This document shows positions 47,766 through 56,790 of a DNA stretch of 64,000 bases, piece by piece (positions within the stretch are counted from its first letter, which is position 1; every line of letters begins with the position of its first letter). The DNA comes from Bryobacterales bacterium (GTDB lineage Bacteria; Acidobacteriota; Terriglobia; Bryobacterales; UBA6623): assembly GCA_028819215.1 (NCBI GenBank), contig JAPPMG010000066.1, forward strand, positions 110,946 through 174,945, in the 5' to 3' direction. The notes beneath the pieces were generated by a model that saw nothing but the letters and a program-made list of their open reading frames with translations, was not told the origin of the DNA and made no database searches. The translations under genes and the position numbers were made by a program.

Positions 47766-48275
47766 CTACTCCGCCTTCTTGTACCGCCTGATTCGCGCCG
47801 CGAGTTCACGGCGGGGCAACCGGACGCTCGGATCGTGGGTAAAGTCGCGAAGGACCGCTAGCAGGACGTTGGTTGGTGCAAGGCCCACGCTGTGAATCTG
47901 ATCGATCACCCACAGAGTCCCGTGGACCCCCAAGCGGTTACTTTCGGCGAGCGCCCTCAAGCCCCTGTCACCCGTGAGCAGCATGCAGTCCTCGCAACTC
48001 TCGGCAAGGGCGTATGCGAAGGCGTCATGAATTGAGAGTTGCGGGTAGTCACTAACGATCGCTCGGGCACGAAGAACGCTCTCCGGCGGCAGCTCTACTA
48101 CTTTGAGCCCTCCCTGCGAGAGCAAGTCCTTCTGGGCGGGGGTGAACCGGACGAGTTCCTCCTCGAAGAGCGCGTCCGGGATCAGGACCTCATACGGCAA
48201 ATTCAAGAATGCCTCGAGCAACGAAGCTTTCCTAAGGTCAATAAGGCAACTGCTGTCACTGACTATCAGGTGCAT
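47766..48275 (-). CDS. PIN-domain protein (putative toxin/nuclease) coupled to the XRE-ImmA/IrrE gene
   Basis: 'LIVSDSSCLIDL' carries the first acidic residue, followed by 'FEEEL', 'SIHDAFAYALA' and 'LLTGDRGL', a PIN-like spacing of acidic residues. Its start overlaps the upstream gene by 20 nt. Confidence 0.6.
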   Translation of the reverse strand: MHLIVSDSSCLIDLRKASLLEAFLNLPYEVLIPDALFEEELVRFTPAQKDLLSQGGLKVVELPPESVLRARAIVSDYPQLSIHDAFAYALAESCEDCMLLTGDRGLRALAESNRLGVHGTLWVIDQIHSVGLAPTNVLLAVLRDFTHDPSVRLPRRELAARIRRYKKAE

Positions 48276-49356
48276 AGGCGTGCTGCGGACCCTTTAGGCC
48301 TGCCTCTACTTCCGGGAGGGGTATTCTCAGCAGTTCCGTACCCTTTGCAAGCGAGATCAAGCCCTCTGCGAGTGCGCGGTAGCACAGGCGCTCGAACCGG
48401 GCTGGGCGTTCGCGCCCCCCCCTCTGGTCGATAGGTTCGATTTCTTCGGGTTCCTTGGTTCGCCAGCCGCGAGCGATCGTTTGGTAGGCATAAGTGAGCG
48501 TAGATTTGCTGATGACGTTCAGCTGCAACAAACGAAGGAGTAGCGCTGCGCCACTGACTCGATAGACGTGCTTGAGTTCGATCAGTTCCTTGTAGCCTAG
48601 GGCGTTTCGACGCTTTCCGACTTCGCGCAGCAGGTGTTCCCGCGGCATCAGGAACGCGCCGGCGAATATGTTGGCGGCTTCTTCTTCATGCCGATCCGAT
48701 AGAGTTTCGGTCTCGATCAGTCGATGTGCCAGCTCATGGGCCAGCGTGAACCGGCGGCGTTCAAGAGTGAATCGATCGTTCGCTACGACGACTGGCAATT
48801 CGGTCCGCCCGTCAGAGCGCCTGACGAGGCAGGTGAGTCCAGAGACGCGGTCGGGCAACGCTACGGTCAGAACCTTTAGTCCCTTTTCCTCCAGCAATTC
48901 GGTCATGTTGGGGATCGGTTCGATTCCCAGGCGCCATTCCTCACGTGCATCGGCAGCTAGCTGTTCCGCGTCGCGCACTTGGCCTAGCTCCCTAGGCGGT
49001 TTGACCGGGCATTGCCAATGCGCACTGTCCAGCTCCAGCACTGCCTCAATTTGCAAATAGCGTTCGATCCACTCAAGCACCTCCGTTTCGACCTTTGCCC
49101 GATCCCGAGCGGTCGTGTTGGTCTTGGTGCGGAACTCGACCCCTCGGATCTCGATGTCCTGCGCATCCATCAGGTAACTCACAGACACGCCCATGGCTCT
49201 TGACAACGCAATCAGGACGCCCGAACTGGGAATGCTCTCCCCTCGCTCGTACTTGCCGATGGCTTGAGCGGTCACTCTTCCGTCGATGGCGGCCGCGAGG
49301 CCACGCAGCGACAGCCCAGACTTGCGGCGCGCCAGTCTAACTCGGTCAGCAATCAT
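48256..49356 (-). CDS. XRE-family HTH fused to an ImmA/IrrE (COG2856) zinc metallopeptidase domain
   Basis: N-terminal HTH 'IADRVRLARRKSGLSLRGLAAAIDGRVTAQAIGKYERGESIPSSGVLIALSRAMGVSVSYLM'. HEXXH motif 'FTLAHELAHRL' at about residue 210. Confidence 0.8.
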   Translation of the reverse strand: MIADRVRLARRKSGLSLRGLAAAIDGRVTAQAIGKYERGESIPSSGVLIALSRAMGVSVSYLMDAQDIEIRGVEFRTKTNTTARDRAKVETEVLEWIERYLQIEAVLELDSAHWQCPVKPPRELGQVRDAEQLAADAREEWRLGIEPIPNMTELLEEKGLKVLTVALPDRVSGLTCLVRRSDGRTELPVVVANDRFTLERRRFTLAHELAHRLIETETLSDRHEEEAANIFAGAFLMPREHLLREVGKRRNALGYKELIELKHVYRVSGAALLLRLLQLNVISKSTLTYAYQTIARGWRTKEPEEIEPIDQRGGRERPARFERLCYRALAEGLISLAKGTELLRIPLPEVEAGLKGPQHAYAPDSQ

Positions 49357-49611
49357 GTCTCAGACTAGGGAAGCGGTTTCCAATTGGTCTCCTTCTATAT
49401 GTATTGTAAACCAGCCGAATTGCGCTTGCAAGGCCGCTGTCGCCCCAGCGCTTCTTCCACGGAGCAAACGAAAACGGGGAGTCAGGCGAATGCGACTCCG
49501 ACGTTGATGGCAAATATAGGACGCAACCTTGCCGCGTTCGGGGCGATGGAAGCCTTCCAGACAAGGCTACAATCGCGATTGCAAGCGGCGACAACCGTCT
49601 CGGAGAGCAAC

Positions 49612-49797
49612 ATGCCGAAGGAATTGACCGCGATTATCGAGCGCGAAGGGAACGGCTACGTAGCGCTCTGCCCCGAGTTGGACGTGGTTAGTCAAGGTGA
49701 CAAGGTGATCGAAGCACGCTCCAACGTACGAGAGGCTCTTGAACTGTTTCTTGAAACCGCTTCAGAAACTGAAATCGAGCAACGCTTTCGTTCGTAG
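49612..49797 (+). CDS. HicB-like (UPF0150) antitoxin-fold protein, no adjacent HicA
   Basis: 'MPKELTAIIEREGNGYVALCPELDVVSQGDKVIEARSNVREALELFLE' matches the HicB N-terminal domain pattern. A GGAGAG Shine-Dalgarno sequence lies a few nt before the ATG at 49612. The longer ORF from 49384 has no coding-like features. Confidence 0.7.
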   Translation: MPKELTAIIEREGNGYVALCPELDVVSQGDKVIEARSNVREALELFLETASETEIEQRFRS

Positions 49798-49934
49798 ATG
49801 TACGCAACTGCCGCAGACGTGGCGATTAGCTGAGATCCGAGTCCTTTCGGCGTCAAGGGTTCGCAGGATCCTATAGAGCGCAACTTGACCCCGCCTTTGC
49901 TTGTCCCGAGCCGAGCTGTTGTTACGCTGAAGCA

Positions 49935-50843
49935 ATGCACGCTCCGGCCACACTGCTTAGCGCAGAGGCGCTGGAGCGGCTCGAGCGGCTGACGATCCGC
50001 TGGACCCAGTCCTTTCAGGGGCGGATCGGCGGTGACATCGTGTCCCGATACCCTGGCGTCGGGCACGAATTCTTGGACCACCGCAATTTCCAGCGCGGCG
50101 ACGACCTGCGCGCCGTCAACTGGCGAGCCTACATGCGCCTCGAGCGCATGTTCCTGAAGCTGTTCCGGTCCGAGCCGCGGATTCCCGTGCGCATACTGAT
50201 CGACACCAGCGAGTCGATGGCGGTCGGCGGAGAGGATGCCTCGGATTCCAAGTTCGCCTATGCCTGCCGCTTGGCGGCCTCGCTGTGCTACGTCGGCTTG
50301 GTCCGGCTCGAGACCATCGTGCTGCAACCCTTCTCGGACACACTCTCGGATTCGTTTCGAGCGCACGGGGGAAGACTCCGCTACGGCCAGGCGGCGGAGT
50401 ACATCTCGAACCTCGAAACCGGCGGCGGCACGGCCTTCCAGCGCCCGGTGCGGGACTACCTGATGAAGTTTCCCGTCCCAGGGATCACATTCGTGCTGAG
50501 CGACTTCTTGAACGACGCAGGAGACAATCTGCCGCTGGAGCACTTGGTCAACGAAGGCCACGAGGTTCACTTGCTGCAGATCGCCTCGCCCAGCGATCGC
50601 GAGCCTCCTTGGCGCGGCGATCTTGAACTGTTCGACGCCGAGACGGACTCGGTTCTGCAGGTCAGCCTTGACGACGGCTCGGCTCGCGAGTATCGCGATT
50701 CGTACGACGAGTTTTGCCGCGCCCTCGAGCGACATGCCAAGCGTTCCGGCGCGCAATACCTGCACCTCTCTACTTCCCAACCGATCGAGAGCGTGCTATT
50801 CCAAGAATTGCCCGCCACTCGCCACGCGATGGGACCGCAATAG
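49935..50843 (+). CDS. DUF58 protein (MoxR-associated, VWA-like)
   Basis: 'HEFLDHRNFQRGDDLRAVNWRAYMRLERMFLKLF' is the DUF58 signature. 'VRILIDTSESM' is a VWA/MIDAS-like start. Confidence 0.85.
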   Translation: MHAPATLLSAEALERLERLTIRWTQSFQGRIGGDIVSRYPGVGHEFLDHRNFQRGDDLRAVNWRAYMRLERMFLKLFRSEPRIPVRILIDTSESMAVGGEDASDSKFAYACRLAASLCYVGLVRLETIVLQPFSDTLSDSFRAHGGRLRYGQAAEYISNLETGGGTAFQRPVRDYLMKFPVPGITFVLSDFLNDAGDNLPLEHLVNEGHEVHLLQIASPSDREPPWRGDLELFDAETDSVLQVSLDDGSAREYRDSYDEFCRALERHAKRSGAQYLHLSTSQPIESVLFQELPATRHAMGPQ

Positions 50844-50846
50844 ACC

Positions 50847-52766
50847 ATGGGCCTGCTCAACCTCGCCTTGGCGCAACTGCTCGGGATCTTCGCGCCAATC
50901 GCCGGCCTGCTCGTCGCTCTGTACTTCTACGACCGGTCGCGCCGAAGGGTGCTTGTCTCGACGCTGCGCTTCTGGCCGAAGCGGCCCGCGCCCGCGACGC
51001 GGCAGCGCCACAAGCGCATCCAGCATCCGCTTTCCCTGGTCCTTCAGCTGATCGCGTTTGGGCTGCTGCTTCTCGCCATCGCGGATCCCCGGCCCGGGAC
51101 TTCCGATTCCGCGGCACAACGTCGCGTGATTGTCCTTGACACATCGGCTTCGATGGCGCTGGCAGACGGCAACGGCGTCAACCTGATGGACCAAGCCAAG
51201 ACCCTGGCCCTGGCCTATATCGGCTCCCTGCCCGCTGGCGATCAGGTGATGCTGATCGAAGCGGACGGCTCGCCGATGGTCCGGATCCCATTCACGCGAG
51301 ACCGCCAGCTGCTGCGCGAGAGCGTCGCCGCAGCCGAGCCCAGCTTGACTCCGCTCGACATCGGCTCCGCATTCGACCTTGCCGACGGCACGCTCCGGCT
51401 TGCGCTGAATTCGGGCGGCGAGCCGCTGCCGGACGATGCAGGAGCGGGAGAGACGGTCTACGTCGGTCCGGGGCGATTCGACGGCCAGCCGGCTCGCGCG
51501 GGGGTGCTGCCTCGGGTTCGCTACCTGCAGACAGAGGCTCCTAGCGACTCGCTCGGAATCCTCTCGCTGGAGGCTTCTGCCGACCTCTCGGAGCGAGGCA
51601 AGTGGGACGTCGCACTCGAGGCGCGGAACTACGGCTCTGAAGCCGAGACGGCTCGCATCGACTTCTTCTTCTTCGACAGGCCTTTAGGTCATCGCGGCCT
51701 TTCCATCGGGCCGGGCGGAGACGCCAGCCTCCAGTTCACTCTCAGAAGCCAGCACCCCGGCAGGCTGCGGGCGCAACTCGCGGCAGACGACGCCTACCCG
51801 CAGAACAACGTCGCGACAGTCGCGATCCCCGCCCCGGACCGCACTCGCGTCCAGATCCACGGGGCGTCGGAACTGGAGTTCGGGCCGCTGCTCGCGGCCG
51901 GCGCCCGCATCGAGGCCAGCTATGTGAAGTCTCCCGAGGATCTGACCGCTGATGCTATCCATGTGTGGGCGGGCGGCGGCGGCACTGGATCGTCAAGCCG
52001 CGCGATCTACCTCGCTCCCCCGGGCACGCCCTCGCCGATCGCAGAGGCAGCGTCTGCGCGCAGAAGCCCGGTTTCGGAGTGGTCGGCCTCGCATCAGCTT
52101 GCCAAGGGAATCCGTGACCCCGACCTGATTCCAGACCGAGTTCGCGTCTTCACGCCTCGCCCGGGCGACGACATCATCGCCAGCACGGCTGACGGACCCG
52201 TCATCGTCGCCCGGTCCGATGACGAGGAGAGACTCGTAGCCTTGGGCTTCGATCTGACAGACCCGTCCGTGCGCGACCGCTTGTCCGCGCCGATGCTCTT
52301 CGCGAATGCGGTCTCGTGGCTGGACTCTGCGGCATTTCGCGCGGAGGCGGTCGCCGCCCGAGGTCCCGGCGCGGTGACCATCGAGGCGCCGAATTCCGCC
52401 CCGCAACAGGTTTCCGTACGCACGGCTAGCGGAGCCAAGGTCCCGTGGGTGCTCTCCGACGGGAAGGTGCGCTTCTACGCCGACCAGCGGGACACCTACC
52501 GCGTGACGACCGCCGATCACGACCTGACCCTGGTCTTGCAGCAGCCGCAGATCCCGAACACCAACTGGGAACCGCCCGAATCGGTCGTGCGCGGAGTGCC
52601 GTCAGGACTGGCCGGGATCGGCGAATCGTGGATACTCTGGCCGTGGCTCGCAGCCCTTGCGGCATTGATCCTGCTGTACGACTGGATCCGCTTCGGACGG
52701 GGGCGGCGCCTGACCGCTGAGACGGTTCAGGCTGCTCCACCACATGCGCAGGAGGGCAGCCTGTGA
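50847..52766 (+). CDS. BatA-N (aerotolerance regulator N-terminal) plus VWA domain membrane protein
   Basis: 'MGLLNLALAQLLGIFAPIAGLLVALYFYDRSRRRVLVSTLRFW' is BatA_N-like. A second TM segment follows. 'VIVLDTSASMALADGNG' is a MIDAS motif. A C-terminal TM segment 'WILWPWLAALAALILLY' is present. Confidence 0.8.
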   Translation: MGLLNLALAQLLGIFAPIAGLLVALYFYDRSRRRVLVSTLRFWPKRPAPATRQRHKRIQHPLSLVLQLIAFGLLLLAIADPRPGTSDSAAQRRVIVLDTSASMALADGNGVNLMDQAKTLALAYIGSLPAGDQVMLIEADGSPMVRIPFTRDRQLLRESVAAAEPSLTPLDIGSAFDLADGTLRLALNSGGEPLPDDAGAGETVYVGPGRFDGQPARAGVLPRVRYLQTEAPSDSLGILSLEASADLSERGKWDVALEARNYGSEAETARIDFFFFDRPLGHRGLSIGPGGDASLQFTLRSQHPGRLRAQLAADDAYPQNNVATVAIPAPDRTRVQIHGASELEFGPLLAAGARIEASYVKSPEDLTADAIHVWAGGGGTGSSSRAIYLAPPGTPSPIAEAASARRSPVSEWSASHQLAKGIRDPDLIPDRVRVFTPRPGDDIIASTADGPVIVARSDDEERLVALGFDLTDPSVRDRLSAPMLFANAVSWLDSAAFRAEAVAARGPGAVTIEAPNSAPQQVSVRTASGAKVPWVLSDGKVRFYADQRDTYRVTTADHDLTLVLQQPQIPNTNWEPPESVVRGVPSGLAGIGESWILWPWLAALAALILLYDWIRFGRGRRLTAETVQAAPPHAQEGSL

Positions 52767-55216
52767 CGCTGGAAACCGCCTGGCCGCTGCTGCTGTTGAT
52801 TCCGTTGCTGGCATGGGCCGCCCGCGAGTGGGTGCACACCCCAAGGCGGCTAGGCCTGTTGCTGAAGGCGCTGGCGCTGGCGGCGGTGTGCGTGGCCCTC
52901 TGCCAGCCTCAATGGCGCATCTCCGAGACCTACGCTGCGGTCGCGATCCTGAGCGACGCGTCAGACAGCATCCCGGAAGAGCAGCGCGGACAGCAGGAGG
53001 CGTTCCTGCAGCGAGCCCGGGCGGCGGGCGGGGGACACACCCTGCGAGAGCTGGAGTTCGGCAAGCTGCCCGTGCGGCAGTTGCGTGACAGCGAGGCCAG
53101 CCGCTCGACAAACCTCGAGGCAGCGCTGCGCAATGCGCTCGGCGCGCTGCCGGCCGACCGCGTGCCGCGGCTGGTGCTGGTCAGCGACGGCCGCGCCAGC
53201 GAGGGAGCGGTCGAGCGTGCGGTCTACCAAGCCTGGAGTCGCAACGTGCCGGTTGACACCTACGCATTGGCGGGGCGGGCGGAACCGAGGCTCCGCCTCG
53301 CGGGCATGCGCATGCCCTCGCAAGCATATGTTGGCGAGAGCTTCCCGATCGAATTCGAGATCGAGAGCCCCGAGTCCGTGCGCGCAAGCCTCGAGCTGCG
53401 CGCGGACGGGCAGCTGATCGGAAGCGAGCGAGTGACGCTTCAAGCGGGCACCAGCGCGGTCGTGGCACGGGCCAAGCTCGAAAGCCCGGGAGCAACCTTG
53501 GTGGAGGGCCAGCTCACGACCGCTGCCGAGGAGCAGGTACGCTTCGCCGGCGCGGTATCCATCCACGAGCCGCGCGCTCTTCTGATTTCCTCCGACTCCG
53601 ACCAACAGAACGCTCCCCTGGCTGGCGTGTTGGTGGGATCGGGATTCCAACTCGAGCGCGCGCCGGCGGAAGCGGTGCGCGATGCAGAGAGCCTCGACTA
53701 CGACTTGGTGATCTGCTCGAACGAAGATTTCGAAGCATGGGCCGAGGCTGTCAAGGAACGGCTTGCCGAGTTCGTGCGCGGCGGCGGCGGCTTCCTGCTC
53801 GTCGCGGGCGAGAAGAATCTCTATCGCGAGCAAGCCCACGAGGAACCGGACGAACTGCAATCGATGCTGCCGGCGATCCTAGCCCCGCCGCGCACGCCGG
53901 AAGGAACGGCCGTGGTCTTGGTCGTGGACAAGTCCTCGTCGATGGAGGGCAAGAAGATGCAGCTCGCGCGGCAGTCGGCCCTAGGCGTGGTCGAGAACCT
54001 GCGAGCGATTGACAGCGTGGGAGTGTTGGCATTCGACAATTCGTTCGAATGGGCCGCTCCCCTGAGACGGAACGAGACGCCAGACGAAACCCAGCGGATG
54101 ATCAGCGGAATCGTGGCAGATGGCGGCACCCAGATCGCACCCGCCCTAGGCGAGGCGTACCGGATCATCCAGCCACAGGAGGCGGTGTACAAGCACATCC
54201 TGCTGCTGACGGACGGAATCTCCGAGGAAGGCGACAGCATCGCACTTGCGCGCGAAGCCGCCGCCAACGAGGTGACGATCTCGACGATCGGCTTGGGCCA
54301 GGACGTCAATCGCTCGTATCTGGAGCGCGTAGCCCGCAGCGCCGAGGGGCAGTCCTATTTCCTGATCGATATCTCAGCACTGGAGCAGATCGTGCTCAAG
54401 GACGTGATGGAGCACACCGGCACATCCGTCACGGAGCGGGAATTCGTGCCGTTCGCCGAGCGAGACTTCGAGATCCTCGAAGGCCTGGACTTGGCCGAAC
54501 CGGGGCCGCTGCTGGGCTGGGTCAAGTTCGAGGTCAAGCCAGCGGCAGATACGATCCTGCACGCCGCTGACGATGACCCCTTGTTCGCGCGCTGGCAGTT
54601 CGGCCTCGGCCGATCGGCTGTATTCACGTCCGATGCCAAGGATCGCTGGGCGACCAACTGGGTAGCCTGGAAAGGGTTCGACACGTTTTGGTCGAACTCG
54701 CTGCGGGATCTGTTGCCGCGGGCGGCGCGTACCGCCGTACAGACGGAATACGACGCGAGCACCGACGAGATCGTAGCTCGCTTTAGCCCATCCTCGGCTG
54801 ACAGGGCGGACGATCTGCCCGATCTTTATGCGCTGGGTCCGGATGGCTACAGACATGTCGCGACACCGAAACCGACTGGCGCGGGATTCGAGGCGCGCTT
54901 CCCGTCCGAAGGACTTCACGGACTGTTCCGAATCCGGCCCGCCGAGAGATCTCGCGCGTTTCCGGAGGCCGCGTACTATCGCGAGAATTCCGAATTGAGC
55001 CGGTATGGCTCGGACTCTGACTTGCTCCAGACCATCGCTGCCGCGACGGGCGGTCGCACGAATCCCGCTCCCGAAGACCTCTTCGCGACCGGAGGCCGGG
55101 CGATAGAGCGCTGGATGGATCTGTGGCCGGTCCTGCTGGTTCTGGCGATCTTGTTGAACTTCGTCGAGCTACTCGCCCGCAAGGGGTGGCTCCCGGTGTT
55201 GGGACGCTGGGCCTAA
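52763..55216 (+). CDS. Large membrane-anchored VWA-domain protein (BatA-N-like N-terminus, central amidotransferase-like region, VWA, C-terminal TM)
   Basis: GTGA overlap with the upstream gene. N-terminus 'AWPLLLLIPLLAWAAREW'. 'VVLVVDKSSSMEG' plus 'DGGTQI' plus 'LLLTDG' form a MIDAS site. C-terminal TM segment 'LWPVLLVLAILLNFVELL'. Confidence 0.8.
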   Translation: MTLETAWPLLLLIPLLAWAAREWVHTPRRLGLLLKALALAAVCVALCQPQWRISETYAAVAILSDASDSIPEEQRGQQEAFLQRARAAGGGHTLRELEFGKLPVRQLRDSEASRSTNLEAALRNALGALPADRVPRLVLVSDGRASEGAVERAVYQAWSRNVPVDTYALAGRAEPRLRLAGMRMPSQAYVGESFPIEFEIESPESVRASLELRADGQLIGSERVTLQAGTSAVVARAKLESPGATLVEGQLTTAAEEQVRFAGAVSIHEPRALLISSDSDQQNAPLAGVLVGSGFQLERAPAEAVRDAESLDYDLVICSNEDFEAWAEAVKERLAEFVRGGGGFLLVAGEKNLYREQAHEEPDELQSMLPAILAPPRTPEGTAVVLVVDKSSSMEGKKMQLARQSALGVVENLRAIDSVGVLAFDNSFEWAAPLRRNETPDETQRMISGIVADGGTQIAPALGEAYRIIQPQEAVYKHILLLTDGISEEGDSIALAREAAANEVTISTIGLGQDVNRSYLERVARSAEGQSYFLIDISALEQIVLKDVMEHTGTSVTEREFVPFAERDFEILEGLDLAEPGPLLGWVKFEVKPAADTILHAADDDPLFARWQFGLGRSAVFTSDAKDRWATNWVAWKGFDTFWSNSLRDLLPRAARTAVQTEYDASTDEIVARFSPSSADRADDLPDLYALGPDGYRHVATPKPTGAGFEARFPSEGLHGLFRIRPAERSRAFPEAAYYRENSELSRYGSDSDLLQTIAAATGGRTNPAPEDLFATGGRAIERWMDLWPVLLVLAILLNFVELLARKGWLPVLGRWA

Positions 55217-55250
55217 GGGCTCGCCAAGCCGATGCTATTCTTGGACTCGT

Positions 55251-55490
55251 ATGGCGATCCGCATGTACTCGACACAGTGGTGCTCAGACTGCTGGCGCGC
55301 CAAGAACTTCTTGCGCGAGCGAGGCATTGAGTTCACGGAGATCGATATCGAGAACGACGATCGCGCCGCCGAACTCGTGATGCACCACAATGGCGGCAAG
55401 CGCCGCGTGCCCACGTTCGACATCGACGGCGAATACTACGGCAATCCGAACATCCCGGAACTGGCACGGATACTCGGTGTCGCGACCTGA
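55251..55490 (+). CDS. Glutaredoxin-like / mycoredoxin-type small thiol-disulfide oxidoreductase
   Basis: 'IRMYSTQWCSDCWRAKNFL' is a CxxC motif, and 'RRVPTFDIDG' carries the cis-Pro motif. Length is 79 aa. Confidence 0.8.
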   Translation: MAIRMYSTQWCSDCWRAKNFLRERGIEFTEIDIENDDRAAELVMHHNGGKRRVPTFDIDGEYYGNPNIPELARILGVAT

Positions 55491-55516
55491 GGGATTGGCG
55501 TTGCCAGCCTTGCGTG

Positions 55517-56503
55517 ATGCAGCCTGCCGCGACAGACACTCGCGCCCCCGGCGCGGATCCTGAGAAATCGACTCCGCAGCCTCGGAGCGACTTCCTCGAC
55601 TTCGTCCATTCACGCTGCTTGCGCCGCACCGAAAAGACGGCAGAGCGATTGGGAGCGGCGCGCTCCGACCCAACCGCCTCCGCCGTACACGACCTGCGGG
55701 TGGCGGCACGGCGCTTGGTCTATACGCTGGACTGTTTTACCCCCTTGCTGGCCCGGGATCGAGCGGCCGACTTTCGCAAGCGGGTCAAATCGATCCTCTC
55801 GGCAGCCCGACCGGTGCGCGAACTGGACGTCGCGCTCGAGCTCGTCTCTGAAATGGACTCGGGCATGGGACACTCGCTTGCGGACAATCTGCGACGAAGG
55901 CGCGAGACGGCAGCCCGGTTCATGAGCGAGCGGCTGGAGCGCAAAGGGGTTCAGAACCTCACACGCCGGTGGCTCGGCACCGCGAGTAGCGCTGCGCCCG
56001 AACCCGTCGAAGAGAGACCCGGAGTGACTGCTAAGGGTGGAAGGCCGTCGATCCACCCGCATTGGATGCCTGACCAATCCTGCGCGGCAAACGCCAGCGC
56101 GGTCCTGCCCTTGCTAGCGGCAGATTACTTCCGCCAGGGACGCGCAGCCTGCAGCGAAAACGCCGCGGCAGGGGAACTGCACGCATTTCGACTTGCGAGC
56201 AAGCGACTGCGCTACTGCCTAGAACTCTTCTCGGAGCAGTACGGCCAGTCGTTGGCCAGGCGGCTCGAGGCCTTGCGAGACATCCAATCGCGACTTGGGA
56301 CGCTAAGCGACTGTGATTCCACTATTCAGTTGCTCCGTTCGCCTGAAGCGCCGAACAACGCAGCCTCGCAGCGACTGCTGGCCATCTTGGCTGTCCGCCA
56401 AGAAGAGGCGACCAAGTCCTTCCTCGAGTCTTGGAGGGGACACTTCGACACGTTGGAGGTCGAAGAGGACTGGAGAGTCTACCTGGCCCTGCGGAAGGAA
56501 TGA
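55517..56503 (+). CDS. CHAD-domain protein
   Basis: Repeated CHAD helices are present: 'AVHDLRVAARRLVYTLDCF' and 'ELHAFRLASKRLRYCLELF'. Confidence 0.75.
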   Translation: MQPAATDTRAPGADPEKSTPQPRSDFLDFVHSRCLRRTEKTAERLGAARSDPTASAVHDLRVAARRLVYTLDCFTPLLARDRAADFRKRVKSILSAARPVRELDVALELVSEMDSGMGHSLADNLRRRRETAARFMSERLERKGVQNLTRRWLGTASSAAPEPVEERPGVTAKGGRPSIHPHWMPDQSCAANASAVLPLLAADYFRQGRAACSENAAAGELHAFRLASKRLRYCLELFSEQYGQSLARRLEALRDIQSRLGTLSDCDSTIQLLRSPEAPNNAASQRLLAILAVRQEEATKSFLESWRGHFDTLEVEEDWRVYLALRKE

Positions 56504-56790
56504 ATCTCGTCGATCCAGGCGGAGACTCCTCGGCGCGGCGCGAGATTGATGATCGGGTCAAGATTGGCAGCCCCCAGCCTGCATTTGTCGGCGTAGCATT
56601 GCCGGGAGCCGTGATGGCGTTGCCGGTCCAATAGGGCGACCCAAGACACCACGGTTGTGTTCCGGGGAGCAAGGGCACTTGCGCGAATCTGACTCCGCTA
56701 CGGCAGTCACGGCCTATAGCTCGACGGAACTGTCCGCGCTGGCCTCGCGGCTCGCAGAAGCGGTGACACCCGAGCCCAGGTCGGTCGCGG

